Positions 26,230 to 32,937 of a stretch of 32,937 nt of DNA are shown one piece after another. Position numbers and translations under genes: made by a program. Within the stretch, counting starts at the first letter, position 1, and every line of letters starts with the position of its first letter. Under the pieces are notes generated by a model, which saw nothing but the letters and a program-made list of their open reading frames with translations, had not been told where the DNA came from and searched no databases. The stretch lies in sequence record SRR2962707_1965; one strand, 5' to 3'.

Positions 26230-28938
26230 ATGCAAGACCAACTACGGGCCGACATCCTGCGCCGGCTCCAGAGCGACTTTGACGGAGTAGAACGGGGCTC
26301 ATTCCTGCGCCGCCTGCGCTGCCCTTCCTGCGGCAAGAGGGAGGCGTTCGTGGGAACCGAGACCCCCTGGATGGTGAAGTGCGGTCGCGAAAGCAAATGC
26401 GGCGAACAGCACCACGTCAAAGAGCTGTTCCCGGACCTGTTCGACAGCTGGACGGAGCGCTACGGCCGGCAGGATCGCAAGCCTGGTGAAAAGGAAACCG
26501 GTACCGAAGTGGCCGACGCCTATATGGTGCATGGTCGGGGCTTCGATCTGGCCAAGGTTCGGGGCTGGTACACCCAGGAGCAATACTGGGACCGCGAACG
26601 GAACATCGGTTCCGCCACTGTTCGCTTCAAGATCAATGATCGGGGCGACTACTGGGAGCGGCTGATCGACAAGCCGCACCGGTTCGGCAAGAAGAAGGCC
26701 CACTTCAACTACGGCAGCAAAACCAAGGGTCTGGCCTGGGTACCGCCCGGGCTGGATCTGGCCCAGGGCAGAGAGCTGTGGATCGTGGAAGGGATCTTCG
26801 ACGCCACCGCCTTGTACCACGCCGGCATCGCCGCCGTGGCTGCGTTCAGCTGCAACAACTACCCGGACACCTTCCTGGCTAAACTCCAGAAGGCCCGGGA
26901 AGAAGCCGGTGAAGACCTGCCCCGGCTGATCTGGGCTATGGACGGCGACGACGCCGGCCTGCGCTACATCCACAAGTTCGCCAACATTGCCCGGGCCAGT
27001 GGCTGGAAGGTGGGCGCTGCTGTCATCCCCCAGGAAGGTAAGCACAAGCGGGACTGGAACGACGCCTGGCAACGCGGCGAGCTGATCAGCGAGGACGGCG
27101 AGCCCACTACCAAGGAATTCCTGTACCAGGGTGACCTGGTGATCGCCCGCAGCGCCCAGGAAAAAGCGAACCGGATGTATAGCCACACCGGGCGCAATGA
27201 ATTCCCGTTCGGTTTCAACAACCGGCTGTTCTGGTTCAAGTTGAACATGGAAGAATTCCACAGGGCCATGCGGGACCTGGAAGACAGCGACGAGCCGCTG
27301 ACAGAACGCCAGATGGTCGACCGGGCCCTGGAACAATGCAACGCCGTGGTGGAGATCGCCAACTGCTACCCCACCGCCTTGTACTACCTGGCCAACAAGG
27401 TGACGGACGAGTCCTGGTACTACTACCGCGTGGACTTCCCACACGACGGCCGCCCCGTGAAGAACACCTTCAGCGGTGGCCAACTGGCCAGCGCCAGCGA
27501 ATTCAAGAAGCGCTTGCTGGGCATCGCCCCCGGTGCGGTGTGGACCGGCTCGAGTCAGCAGCTGGACCGCCTGCTGAAACAGCAGATCAGCGGCATCAAA
27601 ACCGTTGAGACCATCGATTTCATCGGCTACAGCAAAGAGCACGAGACTTGGGTGTTCCCGGAACTAGCCGTGCACGCTGGACAGATCCACGAGCTCAACA
27701 ACGAGGACTACTACGACATCGGCCGCATGAGCGTGAAGACGCTCTCCGAGTCGGTTTCTCTCTCCATCAATAAAGATCGCGGCGACTACCAACGCGGATG
27801 GGCCCGGGATCTGGCCGAGTGTTTCGGCCCGAAAGGTGTGATTGCCCTGGCCTACTGGCTGGGCAGCCTGTTCGCCGAGCAGATCCGGAAGGAACATAAG
27901 AGCTTCCCGTTCATTGAGATCGTCGGTGAGGCGGGCTCCGGTAAGTCCACGCTGATCGAGTTCCTCTGGAAGCTGGTAGGCCGGCAGGATTACGAAGGCT
28001 TCGACCCCAGCAAAGCCACCCTCGCCGCCCGGGCCCGGAACTTTGCTCAGGTATCCAACCTGCCGGTGGTGCTGATCGAGTCCGACCGGGACCAGGAAGC
28101 AGGCGCCAAGCAAAAGCAGTTCGACTGGGACGAGCTGAAAACCGCCTACAACGGCCGCAGCGTGCGCAGCCGGGGCCAGAAGAACGGCGGCAACGATACC
28201 TACGAGCCCCCTTTCCGTGGTGCCATCGTGATCAGCCAGAACGCCCAGGTGAACGCCAGCGATGCCGTTCTGCAGCGAATCGTTCACGTGAGCGTTACCC
28301 GCGAAAACCACAACGAGACCACCAAAGCACTCGCCGAGAAGTTGGAGCGGTGGCCCATGAACCAGGTCTCTGGCTTCGCCCTGCATGCCACCACATCGGA
28401 ATCGCAGATCATGCGCTTGGTTTGCGAGCGGGCGCCCCTGTACGAAAAGGCCCTAGCTGAACTTCCGGAAATCCGCATTCACCGGATTGCCAAGAACCAC
28501 GGCCAGATGACCGCCCTGATCGATTGCCTGGGCCCAGAAGGGCTGAATCTTCTGCCCGAATCATACCTGGAACCGGCCCGGGAAATGATCATCGACATGG
28601 CCAAGGAGCGCCAAACCTCCGTTAACGCTGACCACCCGATGGTGCAGGAATTCTGGGAGGCCTACGACTTCATCGAGGGCCTGAATGGCACCCCAACGCT
28701 AAACCACTACGGTGAAAACGAAAAGTTGATCGCCGTGAACCTGAAGCATTTCGAGCAGGTGTGCGCCGAGAACAAGCTCCGCATTCCAGCCATTTCTGAA
28801 CTGAAACGGCACCTGAAAACCAGCCGCAGCCGCAAGTTCATCGACAGCAGCCGGACCGTCCGTTCGGCCATCCGTGAAAGCCTCAACTCATCAGCCAGCC
28901 AGTCAGTCCGGTGCTGGATCTTTGAGAAAGAAGTGTAA
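26230..28938 (+). CDS. Replication protein: Zn finger + TOPRIM primase + P-loop helicase
   Basis: CPSC...CGRESKC; IVEGIFDA and DGDDAG TOPRIM motifs; Walker A GEAGSGKST. Confidence 0.92.
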   Translation: MQDQLRADILRRLQSDFDGVERGSFLRRLRCPSCGKREAFVGTETPWMVKCGRESKCGEQHHVKELFPDLFDSWTERYGRQDRKPGEKETGTEVADAYMVHGRGFDLAKVRGWYTQEQYWDRERNIGSATVRFKINDRGDYWERLIDKPHRFGKKKAHFNYGSKTKGLAWVPPGLDLAQGRELWIVEGIFDATALYHAGIAAVAAFSCNNYPDTFLAKLQKAREEAGEDLPRLIWAMDGDDAGLRYIHKFANIARASGWKVGAAVIPQEGKHKRDWNDAWQRGELISEDGEPTTKEFLYQGDLVIARSAQEKANRMYSHTGRNEFPFGFNNRLFWFKLNMEEFHRAMRDLEDSDEPLTERQMVDRALEQCNAVVEIANCYPTALYYLANKVTDESWYYYRVDFPHDGRPVKNTFSGGQLASASEFKKRLLGIAPGAVWTGSSQQLDRLLKQQISGIKTVETIDFIGYSKEHETWVFPELAVHAGQIHELNNEDYYDIGRMSVKTLSESVSLSINKDRGDYQRGWARDLAECFGPKGVIALAYWLGSLFAEQIRKEHKSFPFIEIVGEAGSGKSTLIEFLWKLVGRQDYEGFDPSKATLAARARNFAQVSNLPVVLIESDRDQEAGAKQKQFDWDELKTAYNGRSVRSRGQKNGGNDTYEPPFRGAIVISQNAQVNASDAVLQRIVHVSVTRENHNETTKALAEKLERWPMNQVSGFALHATTSESQIMRLVCERAPLYEKALAELPEIRIHRIAKNHGQMTALIDCLGPEGLNLLPESYLEPAREMIIDMAKERQTSVNADHPMVQEFWEAYDFIEGLNGTPTLNHYGENEKLIAVNLKHFEQVCAENKLRIPAISELKRHLKTSRSRKFIDSSRTVRSAIRESLNSSASQSVRCWIFEKEV

Positions 28939-28948
28939 GGAGGACGCC

Positions 28949-29242
28949 GTGGAGTACACCTTCGACCAAGCCGCTGCCCTGCTGAACATGGGCCGCAACA
29001 CCCTGATCCGCCGCCTGCGCGAGGAAGGAATGCTGGGCACAGACAACCTGCCAACAGGCCGCTGGCGTGGCCGGGGTGTGTTCCGCGTGATTACCAAGAT
29101 GTACCGCCACCCGGTGGCCGGCTACAGCCACTACGGCCGCACCCTCATCACTGTGAAAGGCCTGAATGCCGTAAGCCGGAAGCTCGGCATCGCCCAACAC
29201 CAGCCGGAAGGCACCAGGCACACGGCGAGCTGGGTGAACTGA
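28949..29242 (+). CDS. Antirepressor KilAC/ANT-like domain protein
   Basis: AGGAGG + GTG; AA.LL.MGRN.L.R.LRE.G.L...NLP...T.ITVKG. Confidence 0.75.
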   Translation: MEYTFDQAAALLNMGRNTLIRRLREEGMLGTDNLPTGRWRGRGVFRVITKMYRHPVAGYSHYGRTLITVKGLNAVSRKLGIAQHQPEGTRHTASWVN

Positions 29243-29316
29243 CCCCTCTGGGGTTGCATTCTGAAAACACGTGATAGGACTGGGGTTACCCATTCTTCAA
29301 AAGACAGGAGAGCAGT

Positions 29317-29544
29317 ATGGAACACGCAATCACAACACAGATCACCCCGGAAGCCCGCCTGCATGACGTTGGCGAACTGACCGTGATCAACGAAGACCAC
29401 GGCCGCTGCCACCACCGCGTGGCCATGGTCTTGATCTTCGACTCCATCGAGGAAGCCGCCGCATGCATGGAAGCCGGCCTGGTGCGACTGGTACCGGCCA
29501 ACGATCTGAACCCTGAAGCCACGGAGCACCTGAACCATGGATAA
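29317..29544 (+). CDS. Hypothetical protein
   Basis: AGGAG RBS; 75 aa; operon packing. Confidence 0.7.
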   Translation: MEHAITTQITPEARLHDVGELTVINEDHGRCHHRVAMVLIFDSIEEAAACMEAGLVRLVPANDLNPEATEHLNHG

Positions 29545-29752
29545 AGCCGATATCGCTGACGACTACATAGAACAGTCGATCGAGCTGGCCCTGGAGAACC
29601 AGCGCAACCGGACAACCGCCACCAGCGACGATCCTCACTGCGAGGAATGCGGTGTCGAGATCCCGGCCAAACGGCGCGAAGCACTGCCCGGCTGCCCCAC
29701 CTGCGTGGAGTGCCAGCAGCTGCTGGAAGCGAAGACCAGGAACTACCGATAA
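29537..29752 (+). CDS. TraR/DksA C4-type zinc finger protein
   Basis: MD.AD.A...CEECG.EIP.KRREALPGC.TCVECQ. Confidence 0.93.
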   Translation: MDKADIADDYIEQSIELALENQRNRTTATSDDPHCEECGVEIPAKRREALPGCPTCVECQQLLEAKTRNYR

Positions 29753-29783
29753 CGACGGGCCGAACGCCCGCTGGAGAACAATC

Positions 29784-30197
29784 ATGGCTAAGAAGAAGTT
29801 TCTGATTGATCGCATGGTGAATGGGCTCGACAAGATATCCGGAAGAGTCAACGAGCTGAGCCTCAGCGATCTCGAGTTTCTGGATTTCGAGCTGGCAGTG
29901 GTCATCGAGGACGTAGCCGAGGCTATCGCTCTAAAACAAGTTTCCACTGTTTATCAAGGCTACGCCGTGGACCCGATCCTGCCGGAGGATTTTTCAGTCA
30001 CCCAAAACGATAAGCGCCCACCCAGCCACAAGTTCTGGTGGTACCGGCCCTACATCACCACCCACCAACACAACGGCAAAAACGTCTACTGGGTGGAATG
30101 CCTCGATGGCGGTTGCTGGGATCGCCCCACCTGGTGGGGAGAAGCCACCACCTTGGAAGCCGCCGCGGAAATCTGCCGCAACGGCCCGAACTGGTAA
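29784..30197 (+). CDS. Hypothetical protein
   Basis: GGAG RBS before ATG 29784; 137 aa; Trp-rich C-terminus with CLDGGCWDRPTWWG. Confidence 0.7.
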   Translation: MAKKKFLIDRMVNGLDKISGRVNELSLSDLEFLDFELAVVIEDVAEAIALKQVSTVYQGYAVDPILPEDFSVTQNDKRPPSHKFWWYRPYITTHQHNGKNVYWVECLDGGCWDRPTWWGEATTLEAAAEICRNGPNW

Positions 30198-30231
30198 ACC
30201 CCAATAAGGCCGCAACGGCCAACGGAGAAGA

Positions 30232-30612
30232 ATGATGAAAACGCAAACGCTGACCAAAGAAGAATTCATTAACCAATTCATCGCCCGGCAAGAGCAGGAG
30301 CGAGCAAGCTGCGCCGCCATGCGCAAGGATCCACAGGCCTGCGCCACCGTGCTGTGGAAACTCGCCTGCGGCGCCACCAGCGGCAGCCGCGCAGCCAGCG
30401 CCCTCTTGCTGTCCCTCTGGAACAACCACTTTGCCGCCAACATGCGCGACGTGATGGGCAATCTGGACATCATACACACCGAGGCAGCCCTAGGCCTCCT
30501 CGAGCACATGGGCGGTGGTCGATGGCTGGAGCGGTACCTGACACAGGACCAGATTGTGCGGGTGATCGACCAGTGGGGCGGGTTTCACGAGGTTCGGAGG
30601 GTTCAGTCGTGA
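30232..30612 (+). CDS. Hypothetical protein
   Basis: GGAG RBS; 126 aa. Confidence 0.7.
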   Translation: MMKTQTLTKEEFINQFIARQEQERASCAAMRKDPQACATVLWKLACGATSGSRAASALLLSLWNNHFAANMRDVMGNLDIIHTEAALGLLEHMGGGRWLERYLTQDQIVRVIDQWGGFHEVRRVQS

Positions 30613-30881
30613 GCGATGAGGCGATCGAAATCCAAGATCAGAAAGCCCTGGACGAGGCGACCAAGCTGGCAACCCGCTTGCTCGGCACCTCCGTTGACGA
30701 CGCCAGCACTACACTCATCAACCAGGCAGGGAGCCGACCGGCCTGCCTTCTGGTGGATGTCGCCATGGTGCTGACCATCATGAACAAGGAAGGTATCGAG
30801 AAGAAAAGCCACCGCCAAGCCATGGCCCGGGCAGCGCGTGCGGCCATCAAAAACCTGGTGGAGGTGCCTGGTAATGAATGA
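30609..30881 (+). CDS. Hypothetical protein
   Basis: GGAGG + GTG overlapping the previous stop; 90 aa. Confidence 0.65.
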   Translation: MSDEAIEIQDQKALDEATKLATRLLGTSVDDASTTLINQAGSRPACLLVDVAMVLTIMNKEGIEKKSHRQAMARAARAAIKNLVEVPGNE

Positions 30882-31050
30882 CTTCAAGCGAATCGTTAAC
30901 GGCGCGGCACTGGCTTTCGGTATCGCCTTCTGGTTCGCCGCCGGCGCCACACTCGGAATTGCGACGTTGGCCGGGTTTTCCGGCTTCGGTGTCGACTACA
31001 TCATGATCGTCGATCAGCCAGAGGAATGCGAAGGAGGGCCATGTGGATAA
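30874..31050 (+). CDS. Small membrane protein
   Basis: GGAGG RBS; hydrophobic stretch GAALAFGIAFWFAAGATLGIATLAGF. Confidence 0.6.
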   Translation: MNDFKRIVNGAALAFGIAFWFAAGATLGIATLAGFSGFGVDYIMIVDQPEECEGGPCG

Positions 31051-31333
31051 CGTCACGGGCGGCCACCTCGCTAGATCCGCAGCAATGCTTTGCCAAGATC
31101 CAGAGTTTCAGCGCTACCTCGACAGGGCCCAAAGCCACAAAGGCGGTGTTCACATTCCGGATGGTACGCACTCGGAGGAAGACGCCCGGGACTTGATCCT
31201 GACGGCCTGCAACGTCGGCAGCCGAGCGGAACTGGACCACAACGTACAGGCCGCCACCAAGTTCAGGCAGATCAAAGCCCACTTTCAACGTTGGAAAAGC
31301 CGGCAGGACCGGCGGGAGGTCGCCAACCAGTGA
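31043..31333 (+). CDS. Hypothetical phage protein
   Basis: AAGGAGG RBS; A.MLC.DP.FQ.YL...C.V.SR.ELD.N..A motif. Confidence 0.75.
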   Translation: MDNVTGGHLARSAAMLCQDPEFQRYLDRAQSHKGGVHIPDGTHSEEDARDLILTACNVGSRAELDHNVQAATKFRQIKAHFQRWKSRQDRREVANQ

Positions 31334-31569
31334 GACCGGTCTCCATTCAGACCTTCATCGAGGTGGTCTATTGCGACGACAATGAGCCGCCTTCGCTGGC
31401 CACCATCCGCCGGCGTTGCCCGGAAATCCCGGGCGCGTTCCGCGATGGCCGGCGCTGGCGCATTGATCTGGATACCTACTTCGAGACCATGGAGCGGCGA
31501 ATCAGGGGTATGCCGGAAAGCCCCCAGGAGCTAGGATTGATTCAGGATCTGGCAGAACAGTTGCAATAA
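31330..31569 (+). CDS. Putative excisionase (winged HTH)
   Basis: GGAGG + GTG; PPS..TIRR...IPGA.R.G.RW.I; immediately upstream of the integrase. Confidence 0.65.
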   Translation: MRPVSIQTFIEVVYCDDNEPPSLATIRRRCPEIPGAFRDGRRWRIDLDTYFETMERRIRGMPESPQELGLIQDLAEQLQ

Positions 31570-31570
31570 G

Positions 31571-32818
31571 ATGGCCCCACCACGCAGAAAACCTGGCCAG
31601 GAGTGGCTTGCCCGCTACCCTGGCCTTTACATCAATTCCCGAGATGGCGTCTTTCACGTGCGCCATCCGGTTACCCGCAAACAGGGCAGCCTTCAGACCA
31701 AAGACAGGCAAACCGCTATCCGCCGCTGGGCCATGCTCCAGCAAGTGTGGGAACAATCCTCGACCGAGTTCGACGTTCAGCAAATGGCCGGCACAATGGC
31801 CGCGGGCCGCCCCGCCCAGTCAGCAAGCAGGACCACCCTGCGGCAGTACCTGAAGCGCTGGCGAACGGAAGTACTCGGCCACCGGGTAATCAATGGCCGC
31901 GTGGAATGGGCAGAATGCCTTGTGCTGAGTGAGCGCGGCCGCAACCGAGGCCGCCCGATCGCCGAACCAACCCGGCGCGATTATGCCAACGATGCGCAGC
32001 AGTTGGAGGCCAGCGACCATTCCAACTTCACCCTGACCGACCCGGCCTTGCTGCGGAAGATCCGCCGCCTGCTGTCATCCTGGAACACCAAGCCGGTGCA
32101 CTACAACGGCCTGCGAAACACACTCTCGCGGGTGTTCAGCCATGCGGTTGAGGATGGTCTGATCGACCGAAACCCAATACCCGATGTGAAGAAGGCCACA
32201 GAGCCAAAGCGGGAAGTCCTCATCCCCGACGATGCCTACGCCGAAATATCCGCGCAGCTACTCGAGCACAAGCTGCACCGCCAAATCCACGACGGCACCT
32301 GGCGGGCAAAGATCTGCGACATGATCTACATGATGAGCCAGCAACCGATCGATGTGTTCGGCCTACGGGAAGACCAGATCCACGACGACCAGGGACCGAT
32401 GGGAGAGATCCACTTCGCCAGGCACAAAACCGGCGTGGCCATCATCCTTGAGATGAACGAAGACCTGCGCCACCTGGTGGACTGGTTCCGCACCTTCAAA
32501 CGGCAGCAGGGCATTATCTCCCCGTACCTGATGGTGTACCCCTCTTACTTCGATAAGCGCAGCCGACACCAGCCGGTGAAACACCGGTTCATGCAGCTTT
32601 CGTGGGCGCAGGCCTGCAAGGATGCCGGCTACGGTGGCCAGTACCAGCTGCGGGATCTCAGGAAGAAAGGACTGACGGACGAGTTTGTTTCCCAGGGCGA
32701 GAACAACAAAGGTGGCCACCAGACCGAGGCTATGCGCCGGCACTACCGCCTGATCACGCCGCCGGAACGGAGCAAGTCCACCCTCAAATCGATCGAGTCA
32801 GCCAAGCGAAAACAGTGA
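31571..32818 (+). CDS. int: Tyrosine integrase (divergent)
   Basis: Arm-binding-like N-terminus, LSRVF..AV..GLI..NP, KTG, RDLR, GH......HY; adjacent to att. Confidence 0.9.
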   Translation: MAPPRRKPGQEWLARYPGLYINSRDGVFHVRHPVTRKQGSLQTKDRQTAIRRWAMLQQVWEQSSTEFDVQQMAGTMAAGRPAQSASRTTLRQYLKRWRTEVLGHRVINGRVEWAECLVLSERGRNRGRPIAEPTRRDYANDAQQLEASDHSNFTLTDPALLRKIRRLLSSWNTKPVHYNGLRNTLSRVFSHAVEDGLIDRNPIPDVKKATEPKREVLIPDDAYAEISAQLLEHKLHRQIHDGTWRAKICDMIYMMSQQPIDVFGLREDQIHDDQGPMGEIHFARHKTGVAIILEMNEDLRHLVDWFRTFKRQQGIISPYLMVYPSYFDKRSRHQPVKHRFMQLSWAQACKDAGYGGQYQLRDLRKKGLTDEFVSQGENNKGGHQTEAMRRHYRLITPPERSKSTLKSIESAKRKQ

Positions 32819-32822
32819 AAGG

Positions 32823-32855
32823 ATGTCGACATGTTGTCGACATGATGTCGACGTC
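32823..32855. repeat. Three 11-bp tandem repeats (WTGTCGACRTS); putative integrase arm sites
   Basis: ATGTCGACATG TTGTCGACATG ATGTCGACGTC; a related copy TTGTCGACGTT at 151-161. Confidence 0.7.
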
Positions 32856-32909
32856 CGATCACTCGCAGACGATGAACGCTGCAAGGTACTGGATTTAAAA
32901 GGGAAATAA

Positions 32910-32937
32910 TGGAGGCGCGGGTCGGAATCGAACCGGC
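32910..32937 (-). tRNA. 3' end of tRNA-Cys (partial, truncated by the window); att site
   Basis: Reverse complement GCCGGTTCGATTCCGACCCGCGCCTCCA is a T arm, acceptor strand and CCA; Cys identity inferred from the GCA anticodon in the left-end copy. Confidence 0.75.

Larger units (their letters stand above)
1..32937. mobile_element. P2-like temperate prophage integrated at tRNA-Cys
   Basis: Full P2-type morphogenesis gene order, repressor, primase-helicase and integrase; terminal 14-bp direct repeat lying within tRNA 3' sequence. Confidence 0.96.

Noticed and set aside
26299-27642. 447-aa minus-strand ORF
   Set aside because: Antisense shadow of the primase-helicase; no recognisable motifs; expected with high-GC codon bias
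29243-29316. Possible internal promoter (TTGCAT...)
   Set aside because: No convincing -10 at correct spacing
32823-32855. Possible CRISPR or mini-array
   Set aside because: 11-bp tandem units with no spacers and no cas genes; better explained as integrase arm sites

Overview
The window is one apparently complete ~32.9-kb P2-like (Peduoviridae-type) temperate prophage. It is bounded by fragments of a tRNA-Cys 3' end on the minus strand, and GGAATCGAACCGGC is repeated at 1-14 and 32924-32937. The host is probably a GC-rich gammaproteobacterium (inference only). Order from left: att arm, an iteron-rich origin-like region, a candidate cos, a small moron, the P2-type head, lysis, baseplate and tail genes (Q P O N M L X, lysis, R S V W J I H G-like, FI FII E/E' T U D), a low-GC two-gene cargo (NdpA/YejK-family protein plus a multi-TM protein), a cleavable CI-type repressor and switch, an early operon with a tandem-Ogr (P4 Delta-like) activator and a Zn-finger/TOPRIM primase-helicase instead of P2 gpA, small ORFs, and xis-int. 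The strongest candidates for new biology are two. The first is the NdpA + membrane-protein operon behind the repressor, a candidate anti-phage system. The second is the two-finger Ogr together with late promoters that all read TTGT-N13-ACAA rather than the canonical TGT-N12-ACA. All family calls come from motif recognition by eye; no database searches were run.
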